Positions 40,714 to 50,035 of a DNA stretch of 64,000 nt are shown here, in pieces (within the stretch, counting starts at the first letter, position 1; the number at the start of each line of letters is the position of its first letter). The notes beneath the pieces were generated by a model, which worked only from the letters and a program-made list of their open reading frames with translations, made no database searches and had not been told where the DNA came from. Made by a program: the position numbers and the translations under genes. The stretch is from Candidatus Cloacimonadales bacterium (GTDB lineage: Bacteria; Cloacimonadota; Cloacimonadia; Cloacimonadales; JAIOQZ01), in the NCBI GenBank assembly GCA_963662655.2, contig CAXXTU010000002.1, forward strand, positions 3,328,001-3,392,000. Reading direction: 5' to 3'.

Positions 40714-41298
40714 TTACAGGATGCCGGCAGATTTTTTCATCGCGTGGATATAATTGACGTTGCGAAGGTTAATCAGATCGAGCTTGGCGACGAGGCTACG
40801 AACGAGGTGAATGTCGGTGTGTTCAATGGCGACAGTCTCGGTCGGTTTTCCGTCGATAGTCACCTGCGCATATTCGCAGATGGCTTCTTCCACGGTGAAG
40901 ATGTGGCGTTTCTTGACGACCTGTACCGGCACGAGGTCTTCGATATCTCCGACGATCTCGTTCATGAAGGACGCGAAGTCGTATTCGTCTTTCTCGAGGT
41001 AAGGCAGGCGGATGCCGAACGCCTTGAAGATGAGCGCGAGGTCGTTGATGTGAACCGGGAATCCGGCTTTACCGAGGACTGTCCATTGCTCGAGGCCGTC
41101 ATCGCTGTGTCGCAGCAGGGTTTTCATGTCGATCAATTCGAATCGTATCTTGATGTTGTCGTCGCTTTTGCGCGAGAGTATATAGGTTTCTTCGCTTTCT
41201 TTGACGCCCGTTTTTTCGTATTGTTTAAACACATCCAGAAATTCCTGGAGATCGCTTCCGAAGGTTCTCCATTCCCAACGCGGTATTATCTTTGTCAT
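40714..41298 (-). CDS. CYTH/triphosphate-tunnel-like protein (putative)
   Basis: N-terminal RWEWR (ExE/R-like), ETYILS..NIKIR, KKRHIF..CEY, TVAIE, NY near the end. Confidence 0.6.
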   Translation of the reverse strand: MTKIIPRWEWRTFGSDLQEFLDVFKQYEKTGVKESEETYILSRKSDDNIKIRFELIDMKTLLRHSDDGLEQWTVLGKAGFPVHINDLALIFKAFGIRLPYLEKDEYDFASFMNEIVGDIEDLVPVQVVKKRHIFTVEEAICEYAQVTIDGKPTETVAIEHTDIHLVRSLVAKLDLINLRNVNYIHAMKKSAGIL

Positions 41299-41458
41299 CG
41301 TTCCCCCAATTATTGATGATATTTTTAGCACGATTATAGATTATTGATCTAAAATGAGGCGTAGAAATCGTCAAACTTTTTCTGTGGATAAACGAATCGG
41401 AAAAGGAATTTTCATGCGAAACACACAATGGCTAAAGAGGGAAAAGACTGTCGAGTCA

Positions 41459-41593
41459 ATTGCTTACCGTCGGGGCATCTTCACCCGTTCCGCCCCTCTG
41501 CGGGGATATACCGCAGCCTAGATTATAATGAGAAGAAAGGCAGCAAGGCTGTGAAACACCCCGCAGAGGGGCGGAACGAACGAATCTGCTCCC
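41459..41593 (-). repeat. Structured hairpin element family A, copy 3
   Basis: Perfect 19-bp IR GTTCCGCCCCTCTGCGGGG at 41487-41505/41559-41577, with the same flanking motifs as copy 1. Confidence 0.85.
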
Positions 41594-41732
41594 TCCTCCG
41601 GGTGGCTTTTTGGGGGAGGTTGTTTGATCCCATTAAACAAATGCAGAAAAAAGAATTACTTGACCATGAGGCAGCAAACGAAAACGTTGCCGTCTGTAAG
41701 GGGAGATATACTGTAGTGGGAGCAGCAAGAGA

Positions 41733-43628
41733 ATGGTCATAGTAACCCTTGAAAAGCTGGTGAAACGTTATCCGGGTAAGACACTCTTCGAGGATGTCAC
41801 TTTAGGCATCGAGAAGGGGGATAAGATCGGTCTTATCGGGGATAACGGTAGCGGGAAGAGCACGTTCATGAAGATACTCATGGGTGTGGAGCCGGCGGAC
41901 GAGGGTTCGATCGTATTCCGCAGCGACACGCGCAAGGGCTATTTGCCGCAGGTTCCCGAACTCGATCCCAACCGCACGATATTCGAGCAAATCTACTACA
42001 GCGATCACGAACACTTCCGCATCCTTCGCGAGTATCACGAGCTGACATCCCGACTGGCGCGAGAGCATGACGTAACGGTTGCAAAGCGTCATCAGGAATT
42101 GATACAGAAAATGGAAGCGCTGGATATCTGGAAGCTGGAAGTAAAAGCTCGGAGTATCCTGAGCCGCTTTGGGTTTGCGGATCCCGACCAGAGCACCCGC
42201 AACCTTTCGGGTGGCGAGAAGCGGCGTGTCGACATGGCTCGCGTCCTGATGGACGAGCCGGATTTCCTTGCTCTCGACGAGCCTACGAACCATCTGGACA
42301 TCGACACCATCGAGTGGCTGCAAGACTATTTGAAGTCCTACAAAGGCACCATGATTTTCGTGACGCACGACCGCTATTTCCTGGACGCCGTGTGCAACCG
42401 GATTTTCGAGATCGACGGCGGGAAGCTGCGGGTCTATCCCGATAGCTATTCGGGCTATATCAAGCGCAAGGAGATCGAGCTCGTCGATCTTCAACGTAAG
42501 GAGACCCGCAGGAAGGCGCAGCTCCAGAAAGAGATGAAATGGCTCCAGCGCGGCGCAAAGGCGCGAACCTCCAAGCCCAAGGATCATATCGAACGCGTTA
42601 AAGAACTCATCGATAAATCGTACCTTACGGAAGACAAGGAGCTGGAAATCTCCTTCCGCGAGCATCGCCTGGGCAAGACCATCCTGGAGGCCAGCGGGAT
42701 CTCGAAAACTTACAGCAAAGAACTCTTCCACGAGTTCTCGCATATCTTTCAGAAGAGGGAGCGCATCGGGATCATCGGGGCGAACGGCAGCGGTAAAACG
42801 ACCCTGCTTCGCATCCTGCTGGGCACGGAAGAACCCGACGAAGGGAATGTCAAGCTGGGCGTAAACACCCATTTTGCCTTGCTCGATCAGGAGTCGGAGG
42901 AATTCGAGAAGGACATCACCGTTCTGGACTACATACGGGACGAGGCGGATCGCATCCGCACGGCCGACGGGACGCTTCTCTCGGCTGCGGAGATGCTGGA
43001 GAAATTCCGTTTCAACGGCAAGATGCAGCAATCGAAGCTCTTTTCGCTGTCGGGCGGGGAGCGCAAGCGGCTGTCGCTCATGAAATCGCTGATGTTCGGC
43101 GCGAACTTCGTCATTCTGGACGAGCCGACCAACGACCTCGATATCCAGACGCTGGAAGTGCTGGAGGACTACCTGGACGCCTTCCGCGGGTGTCTGCTGA
43201 CCGTATCCCACGACCGCTATTTCCTGGACAGGGTTGTCGATTATCTCTTTATCTTCAGGCAGGATGAAGGTGGGAACGTGCACATCGATAAATTCCCCGG
43301 AAACTACTCCGACTACTTTCTCGTGAAGCGTTTCCGCGAGGAGGAGAAGCTGGAAAACCAGCAAGCGCAGAAACAGGCGCAGGCCCGTCGTCACGAAGAT
43401 AACAAAGGGCGCCTGAGTTACCGGGACGAAAGAAGAGTTTCAGAAATAGAAAAAAGCATTGACGAATTGGAAAGAAAGAAAAAAGAGTTGGATTTCAAAC
43501 TCACCGACGCCTTGGTGGAACTTAAGCCTCAGGACTACATAGAGATAAACGACGAGATGACTGAGATCGAGGCTTCGCTGGAGCAACTGATGACAGAATG
43601 GATGGAAATCGAAAATAAAAGGAATTAA
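41733..43628 (+). CDS. ABC-F family ATPase (Uup-like)
   Basis: Two NBDs (GDNGSGKS, LSGGE, LDEPTNHLD; GANGSGKT, LDEPTNDLD), no TMs, C-terminal coiled coil. Confidence 0.93.
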   Translation: MVIVTLEKLVKRYPGKTLFEDVTLGIEKGDKIGLIGDNGSGKSTFMKILMGVEPADEGSIVFRSDTRKGYLPQVPELDPNRTIFEQIYYSDHEHFRILREYHELTSRLAREHDVTVAKRHQELIQKMEALDIWKLEVKARSILSRFGFADPDQSTRNLSGGEKRRVDMARVLMDEPDFLALDEPTNHLDIDTIEWLQDYLKSYKGTMIFVTHDRYFLDAVCNRIFEIDGGKLRVYPDSYSGYIKRKEIELVDLQRKETRRKAQLQKEMKWLQRGAKARTSKPKDHIERVKELIDKSYLTEDKELEISFREHRLGKTILEASGISKTYSKELFHEFSHIFQKRERIGIIGANGSGKTTLLRILLGTEEPDEGNVKLGVNTHFALLDQESEEFEKDITVLDYIRDEADRIRTADGTLLSAAEMLEKFRFNGKMQQSKLFSLSGGERKRLSLMKSLMFGANFVILDEPTNDLDIQTLEVLEDYLDAFRGCLLTVSHDRYFLDRVVDYLFIFRQDEGGNVHIDKFPGNYSDYFLVKRFREEEKLENQQAQKQAQARRHEDNKGRLSYRDERRVSEIEKSIDELERKKKELDFKLTDALVELKPQDYIEINDEMTEIEASLEQLMTEWMEIENKRN

Positions 43629-43644
43629 GCAGAGGGAGTACTTT

Positions 43645-44106
43645 ATGGAGCAAAAACGACCGGAACTCGATGCGATCATCGACCGCTATCAGGGAAAGAA
43701 AGGCGTATTGATTCCGCTGCTGCAAGACGTTCAGAAGCTGGAGGGATTCCTCTCCAGGGATTCGATGCGATACGTTGCAGAGCACACGGGCGTGCGCCTT
43801 GCCGAAATTTACGGCGTCGCAACCTTTTACACCATGTTCCGCCTGAAACCGCAGGGGAAACACGTTATTCGCGTATGCAAGGGAACCGCGTGCCACGTTT
43901 CCGGCGCGAATCTGATCACGGAAGCGATCAGAAGCGAACTGGGACTGAAGAAGGACGAAGACACTACGAACGACGGATACTTCACGGTTATGGAAGTGGC
44001 GTGCCTCGGCTGCTGCAGCCTGGCGCCCGTTATCATGGTGGACGACACAACCCATGGAAAGCTCACCCCGGACAAAGTTGCCGGCGTGCTGACCAAGTAC
44101 AGGTAG
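43645..44106 (+). CDS. NuoE/HydC-like 2Fe-2S subunit
   Basis: GVATFY, CKGTACHV, CLGCC. Confidence 0.93.
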   Translation: MEQKRPELDAIIDRYQGKKGVLIPLLQDVQKLEGFLSRDSMRYVAEHTGVRLAEIYGVATFYTMFRLKPQGKHVIRVCKGTACHVSGANLITEAIRSELGLKKDEDTTNDGYFTVMEVACLGCCSLAPVIMVDDTTHGKLTPDKVAGVLTKYR

Positions 44107-44156
44107 AACATTAAAAATCAGGTAATGCGAATTCGCATGAAACCGAGGAGGATAGT

Positions 44157-45920
44157 TTGAGTCAGCTAATGATCAAAGTCGGAATGGCGAGCTGCGGAGT
44201 AGCGGCTGGCGCCGGTGATGTCTGGAAAGCTATAGAAGATTTTATCGGGGACCATCCGGAAATTACGCTGGAAAAGACCGGTTGTGTCGGTATGTGTGCG
44301 TTCGAGCCGCTGGTGGAGATCACTCCCGAAGGCAAGAAGACCATTACGTACGGAAACATCACGCCGGAAGAGACGATTTCCGTCATCGAGGGCTACCTCA
44401 ACAAAGATGACGCGAAGATCGCTTCCATCGCCGGTCGATTGATTCCCCGCGATGAGAAATTGAGCAAGCAAACCCGTATCGTTCTTCGCAACACGGGTAT
44501 CATCGATCCCACATCCATTGACGAATACCTCGAGCACGACGGTTACAAAGCGCTGGAAAAGGCGTTGAAGAACATGACTCGCGAAGAGGTTATCAATGAA
44601 GTGAAAGCCTCCGGTCTTCGTGGCCGTGGCGGCGCAGGTTTCCCCACCGGCTTGAAATGGCAGTTCGCTTATCAGGCGAAAGACAACAAGAAGTACATCG
44701 TCTGTAACGCGGACGAAGGCGATCCGGGCGCGTTCATGGATCGCAGTGTCCTCGAAGGCGATCCGCACAGCGTGATCGAAGGCATGATCATCGGCGCGTA
44801 CGCGATTGGCGCGGATGAAGGCTACATTTATTGTCGTGCCGAATACCCCATGGCGATCCGCCACCTGCTTATCGCGCTCGAAGAAGCAGAAGCACGAGGC
44901 TACATGGGCAAGAATATCATGGGCACCGGTTTCAACTTCGAACTGCACATCAAGGAAGGCGCAGGCGCCTTCGTGTGTGGCGAGGAAACCGCTCTCATGG
45001 CTTCCATCGAAGGAAAGCGCGGAATGCCGCGTATCCGTCCTCCATTCCCGGCGCAGTCCGGTCTCTGGGGACACCCGACCAACATCAACAACGTGGAAAC
45101 GTTTGCAAATATCGCCTGGATCATCAACAACGGCGCAGACAAGTACGCCAGCCTCGGAACCGAGAAGAGCAAGGGAACCAAGGTCTTCGCGCTCGCCGGT
45201 AAGATCAAGCACGCCGGCCTTGTGGAAGTCCCGATGGGAACGCCACTTCGCGAAGTGATTTACGAAGTGGGCGGCGGCATGCTTACCGATAAGCCGTTCA
45301 AAGCTGTCCAGCTTGGCGGACCATCCGGCGGATGCGTCCCGAAGGAACTGCTCGACACCATCGTCGACTATGACTCCATCACCCAAACGGGCGCGATCAT
45401 GGGCTCCGGCGGTATGGTCGTTATGGACGAGAGCACCTGTATGGTGGACATCGCGAAGTTCTTCCTGAACTTCACGCAGAACGAATCCTGCGGAAAGTGC
45501 ACCTTCTGCCGCGTGGGAACCAAGCGCATGCTCGAGATCCTTCAGCGCATCACGGAAGGAAAAGGCGAGATGGAAGACATCGACAAGCTGTACGAGCTTT
45601 CCGAGAACATCCGCAAAACGTCGCTCTGCGGTTTGGGCCAGACGGCTCCCAACCCGGTGCTGACCACCCTGCGTTACTTCAAGCACGAATACATCGCTCA
45701 CATTCAGGACAAGAAATGTCCCGCCGGCGCATGCCAGGCGCTGATCAAGTTCGAAATCGATGCGGACAAATGCGTCGGCTGTACGCTTTGTGCCCGTAGA
45801 TGTCCGGTCAATGCCATTTCCGGCAAGGTCAAGGAACCGCACGTGATCGATCAGAACGCCTGTATCGGTTGCGGCGCTTGCGAAGCGGCATGTAAATTCG
45901 GCGCAGTGATTAAATCATAG
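44157..45920 (+). CDS. NuoF/HydB-like FMN/NADH subunit with N-terminal thioredoxin-like Fe-S and C-terminal 2x[4Fe-4S] domains
   Basis: SGLRGRGGAGFPTG, CNADEGDPGAFMDR, GAFVCGEETAL, ESCGKCTFCR, two CxxCxxCxxxC. Confidence 0.95.
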   Translation: MSQLMIKVGMASCGVAAGAGDVWKAIEDFIGDHPEITLEKTGCVGMCAFEPLVEITPEGKKTITYGNITPEETISVIEGYLNKDDAKIASIAGRLIPRDEKLSKQTRIVLRNTGIIDPTSIDEYLEHDGYKALEKALKNMTREEVINEVKASGLRGRGGAGFPTGLKWQFAYQAKDNKKYIVCNADEGDPGAFMDRSVLEGDPHSVIEGMIIGAYAIGADEGYIYCRAEYPMAIRHLLIALEEAEARGYMGKNIMGTGFNFELHIKEGAGAFVCGEETALMASIEGKRGMPRIRPPFPAQSGLWGHPTNINNVETFANIAWIINNGADKYASLGTEKSKGTKVFALAGKIKHAGLVEVPMGTPLREVIYEVGGGMLTDKPFKAVQLGGPSGGCVPKELLDTIVDYDSITQTGAIMGSGGMVVMDESTCMVDIAKFFLNFTQNESCGKCTFCRVGTKRMLEILQRITEGKGEMEDIDKLYELSENIRKTSLCGLGQTAPNPVLTTLRYFKHEYIAHIQDKKCPAGACQALIKFEIDADKCVGCTLCARRCPVNAISGKVKEPHVIDQNACIGCGACEAACKFGAVIKS

Positions 45921-45931
45921 GAGAGTGGATC

Positions 45932-48900
45932 ATGATAAAAATCAAACTCAACAACAGAGAAATCATCACCGAAGCCGGTAGAACCATATTGGAAGTCGCA
46001 CAGGAAAACGGAGTAAGCATTCCCACCCTGTGCCATGATCCTGAACTCCAGCCCTACGGATCCTGCTGGGTCTGCGCGGTGGAAGTCAAAGGCGCGCGCG
46101 GATTTGTGACCGCTTGCGGTACCCGCGTGAGTGACGGCATGGAAATCATGACCGATACGAAGGAAGTTCACGCCGCTCGCAAGATGGCGCTGGAACTCCT
46201 CGCATCCGACCACTATGCGGACTGCGAAGCCCCCTGCTCGGTTGCCTGCCCGGATCACGTGGATATTCAATCCTACGTTGCGCATATCGCCAACGGCGAT
46301 TACCATGAGGCCGTCAAGGTCATCAAGGAAAAGCTGCCCATGCCGCTTTCCATTGGCCGTGTATGCCCGGCGTTCTGCGAAGCCGAATGCCGCCGGAAAA
46401 TCGTCGATGAACCCATCGCGATTCGCCAGCTCAAGCGTCACGCCGCCGATTTCGATCTGAACGACTACTGGACCTGGGTTCCCGAGAAGAAGCCGGCCAG
46501 CGGAAAGAAGGTCGCGATTATCGGCGCTGGTCCTTCAGGACTGACCTGCGGTTATTACCTCAGCAATGAAGGTCACGACGTGACGGTATTCGAAGCTTCC
46601 CCCAAAGCGGGTGGATGGCTTCGCTACGGTATCCCGGAGTACCGCCTTCCCAAGGCGACGCTCGACAAGGAAATCGAGCTGATGTGCGCCAACGGAATGG
46701 AAATCAAATACAATGTTAAAATCGGCGAGACAATCTCCATGCAGGACATCTGCAAGGATTACGACGCCGTATATATGGCGCTGGGCGCACAGAACGCAGT
46801 TCCCATGCGCGTGACCGGCGCCGACCTCGACGGCGTGCTGCTGGGTGTGGATTTCCTCAGGGATTTCGTGCTCGGTAAGGACGTGAACGTCGGCAAGAAA
46901 GTCGCGATCATCGGTGGTGGCAACACCGCTGTCGACTGCGCGAGAACCTCCCGCCGTCTCGGCGCGGACGTGACGATCATCTACCGCCGTACCCGCAAGG
47001 AAATGCCAGCGGAGGAATACGAAGTCGATGCTGCGGACGAAGAGGGAATCAAGTTCTATATGCTCACCAATCCCGTGGAATTCCTGGGAGAGGGCGGCAA
47101 GCTGAAGAAGGTCAAGCTCGAGAAGATGGAACTCGGGGAACCGGACAGCAGCGGCAGACGTCGCCCCGTGCCGACCGGTGAATTCTTCGATGAGGAATTC
47201 GATACGGTAATCGCGGCGATATCTCAGGCTCCGGACGTGGATTTCCTGGCGAAGGAAGAGAACTACGTCGCCGGCAAGCAGCTTCCGCTGTCTCGCTGGC
47301 AGACCGCTGAGGTCAACGAGAACACCATGTATCTCGGATACGGAAACGTGTTCGCGGGTGGCGACTTCCGTCGCGGCCCCGCAACCGCGATCGAGGCGAT
47401 TGCCGATGGCCGTATTGCATACGAGCAGATCGATCGCTTCCTCCTTGGACTTCCGGTGGAAGCTCCCAAGGTGAAATTCGATTCCAAGAAAGAGAAGAAG
47501 CTGGCGGATGTTTCGCCGGAAGAATACGAACAGTACGAGAAGAAGCCACGCGCCAAAATGCCTGAACTGGAAGCGGAATCGCGCGCGACCAACTTCGAAG
47601 AGGTCGAGCTTGGATTCGTGGATGAAGACGCACGCGCGGAAGCCGAGCGTTGTCTCGAATGCGGCTGCCAGGTCAACAGCAGTTGTGTGCTTCGCCAGTA
47701 CTGCACCGAATACGATGTCGATGTTGATCTCTTTGCTGGTTCCAAGAACAAGCATCCGATCGATCGCAGCCATCCGTTCATTCTGCGCGACGCCAACAAG
47801 TGCGTGAACTGCGGGCGCTGTATCCGCATCTGCTCCGAAGTTCAGGGAGCAGGTGTCCTTGGTTACATCTTCCGTGGGTTCGCCAGTCTGGTTGCGCCGG
47901 AGTTTGGCGAGAGTCTCACATACACGAGCTGCGAATCTTGCGGTAAGTGTGTGGCGGTATGTCCGGTGGGAGCTCTCACCGAGCGTCAGGTCCATTACAA
48001 GCTGCATCCGCATCCGGGTGAAAAAATCATCCAGAACTGCGGTAACTGCGGAACGGGCTGCACGATCGAAGTCAACACCCAGATTGATCGCGTAGCGTTC
48101 ATCAATGCGCCGGAAGAAGAAGGATTCAATGGCCGCGACCTTTGCTTCAAGGGTCGTTTCGGCTGGCAGATTTTCGAGTCCGACGAGAAGCTTTCCGAGC
48201 CTCTCATCCGCAAGGACGGCAAGTATGAACCGATCACTTGGGAAGAAGTGACGGAGATTCTTCGCGAGAAATTCGAGAAAGCCGAGAGCAAATCGATATA
48301 CCTTAGCGCGGATGCAACCAACGAAGAGATGCTTCTGATGCAGGAAGTGGCCATCAACAGCGATGCTGAGATCGGTTCGCTTTCCCTGAAGAAGGACTTC
48401 GCAGACGGTGTCATGATGAACCACCACTATCGCAAATCGTTCCAGGAACTGGAAGACGCCGAGGCGATTGTGATTGTCGGAACGATCGGGCACACCCTGC
48501 GTACGCTGGCTCGCAAGCAGCAGCGCAAGGGCAAGAAACTGATTCTCATCAACAACAACGATGCAGATTTCAATCGTTTCGCCGATGTTCATGTCAAGAA
48601 CGCCGACTTCTGCAAGGTTCTCGACGGCATTTGCCAGAGCACGTGCAATTGCAGCAAGGTCGAATGCCAGTGCGGCCACGAAGCGAAAATCGACATCGAT
48701 CTGCCGAACCGCACGCTGTTCTTCTACGACCGCACCGAGATTGGTGAAGACGTGATCCAGAAAATCTGGACCGTCGCCACTGCGACTTGCGATTTTAGCA
48801 AGGGTTCCGGCGTGATCCCGACATCCAAGTGGATGAACCTCAACGGGCTTATCAAGCTTGGGTTCGAAGAAATGCCGGCGAAGAAGGCCGATCTGGTCAT

Positions 48901-49342
48901 TCTTTATGGCGAAACACCGGACGAGACACAGGCGGAAGCGCTTCAGGGCAGCGGATTCACCGTATCCGTGAACACGCACAAGGTGTTTGACGCGGATATG
49001 ATACTGCCGCAGGCTTCTTACCTTGAGATCGAAGGTTCCGTATTCGCGGACGACCAGAGCATGAACTTCTTCTACAATCCGAAGGATTCTGCCCTCTTCG
49101 ACGAGCTCGTCGAGTTGTTCGCCGACATGGAGATCATTCCGGAAGCGCACAGCGAGAAGAGCTACTGGCTCGGTCGCAGCCGTTACCTCCGCGATGCGAA
49201 TCCGCAGATTGCAATCCAGTCAATGGACCTGCACAAGTGGCTTGGATCGCTGAATAACCTGCGTAAGGAACCGATGTCTGCCAACGCTGGCAAGCTCGCT
49301 CTGATCACGGAAATGAAGGCTAAAACAGAGCAGGAACGCTAA
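45932..49342 (+). CDS. Fusion: 2Fe-2S + GltD-like FAD/NAD(P)H oxidoreductase + NuoG-like Fe-S and degenerate molybdopterin-fold domains
   Basis: IPTLC..C..C, GRVCPAFCE, GAGPSG, GGGNTAVD, YRRT, CLECGC, CVNCGRC, CESCGKC, CGNCGTGC..CFKGRFG. Confidence 0.88.
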   Translation: MIKIKLNNREIITEAGRTILEVAQENGVSIPTLCHDPELQPYGSCWVCAVEVKGARGFVTACGTRVSDGMEIMTDTKEVHAARKMALELLASDHYADCEAPCSVACPDHVDIQSYVAHIANGDYHEAVKVIKEKLPMPLSIGRVCPAFCEAECRRKIVDEPIAIRQLKRHAADFDLNDYWTWVPEKKPASGKKVAIIGAGPSGLTCGYYLSNEGHDVTVFEASPKAGGWLRYGIPEYRLPKATLDKEIELMCANGMEIKYNVKIGETISMQDICKDYDAVYMALGAQNAVPMRVTGADLDGVLLGVDFLRDFVLGKDVNVGKKVAIIGGGNTAVDCARTSRRLGADVTIIYRRTRKEMPAEEYEVDAADEEGIKFYMLTNPVEFLGEGGKLKKVKLEKMELGEPDSSGRRRPVPTGEFFDEEFDTVIAAISQAPDVDFLAKEENYVAGKQLPLSRWQTAEVNENTMYLGYGNVFAGGDFRRGPATAIEAIADGRIAYEQIDRFLLGLPVEAPKVKFDSKKEKKLADVSPEEYEQYEKKPRAKMPELEAESRATNFEEVELGFVDEDARAEAERCLECGCQVNSSCVLRQYCTEYDVDVDLFAGSKNKHPIDRSHPFILRDANKCVNCGRCIRICSEVQGAGVLGYIFRGFASLVAPEFGESLTYTSCESCGKCVAVCPVGALTERQVHYKLHPHPGEKIIQNCGNCGTGCTIEVNTQIDRVAFINAPEEEGFNGRDLCFKGRFGWQIFESDEKLSEPLIRKDGKYEPITWEEVTEILREKFEKAESKSIYLSADATNEEMLLMQEVAINSDAEIGSLSLKKDFADGVMMNHHYRKSFQELEDAEAIVIVGTIGHTLRTLARKQQRKGKKLILINNNDADFNRFADVHVKNADFCKVLDGICQSTCNCSKVECQCGHEAKIDIDLPNRTLFFYDRTEIGEDVIQKIWTVATATCDFSKGSGVIPTSKWMNLNGLIKLGFEEMPAKKADLVILYGETPDETQAEALQGSGFTVSVNTHKVFDADMILPQASYLEIEGSVFADDQSMNFFYNPKDSALFDELVELFADMEIIPEAHSEKSYWLGRSRYLRDANPQIAIQSMDLHKWLGSLNNLRKEPMSANAGKLALITEMKAKTEQER

Positions 49343-49367
49343 AACGCAAGTTTCTGCCCTAATATTG

Positions 49368-49399
49368 AAAGAGGCGCTCGTCGAGCGCCTCTTTTTTTT
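49368..49399 (+). terminator. Intrinsic terminator
   Basis: AAAGAGGCGCTCG-t-CGAGCGCCTCTTT followed by a T run. Confidence 0.88.
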
Positions 49400-49426
49400 G
49401 AGGGAGAAAAGCAGTCTTGGGTGTGA

Positions 49427-49637
49427 GCACAGGCTCAGCGGCGGGGCGGCGGCGTGTGCGCTTTGCGCACTTACACATTAGGAATCGCTTTTTGTTCTGA
49501 AAGCGATTCCTAATGTGCAGGTAAGCCTTTGGGATTTTATGATTGATTCGAATACGGCGGTGTAATGGAAGATTGAGATTGCTCTGAGTTTGTTGACGAT
49601 GGCTTACCACGCCGCCGCCCCGCCGCGCGGATGGTGC
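49427..49637. repeat. Multibranch inverted-repeat element family B, copy 2
   Basis: 19-bp perfect IR 49438-49456/49608-49626; inner 18-bp IR 49474-49491/49500-49517. Confidence 0.75.
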
Positions 49638-49645
49638 GTAAAAAG

Positions 49646-49747
49646 ATGGCGCGCCTGCAGGAACTCGACGTAACACGATGATTCTCGTTCCACGCCTGTG
49701 GAGAGCTATCAAAGTGGGACCACGGTAGAAGATGGTGCGCAAAAAGA
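49646..49747 (-). repeat. 102-bp unit containing the last 22 nt of tRNA-Arg(UCG)
   Basis: TGGCGCGCCTGCAGGAACTCGA at 49646 and 49748; spacer homologous to the units at 15842-16044. Confidence 0.9.
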
Positions 49748-49795
49748 TGGCGCGCCTGCAGGAACTCGAATCCCGAACCCTCTGATCCGAAGTCA
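49748..49795 (-). other. 3' 48-nt fragment of tRNA-Arg(UCG); probable prophage attachment site
   Basis: TGA CT TCG GA TCAGAGGGTTCGGGATTCGAGTTCCTGCAGGCGCGCCA; the D-arm and 5' acceptor strand are replaced by AT-rich sequence. Confidence 0.85.
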
Positions 49796-50035
49796 TGAGG
49801 GCATAATAACATAACAGATAACAAAACAATCAGTTAGGCTCATATATAAACAAGATAATGACAAATACGTGCCAAAACAATCAATATTTTGCACCATATA
49901 GCCCGATAACTCAGAACTACCTGATATATAACGATTAAGCCCATACATGCCGATATATAATAAAGAATCCGATAGACTCGAAAGCCATTGACAAACAAAG
50001 AGTTAGCGTAAAATCTTTCTTGTGGATGGTACGAA

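Noticed and set aside
49748..49830. Intact tRNA-Arg(UCG) gene
   Set aside because: Similarity stops within the anticodon stem; no D-arm or 5' acceptor strand.
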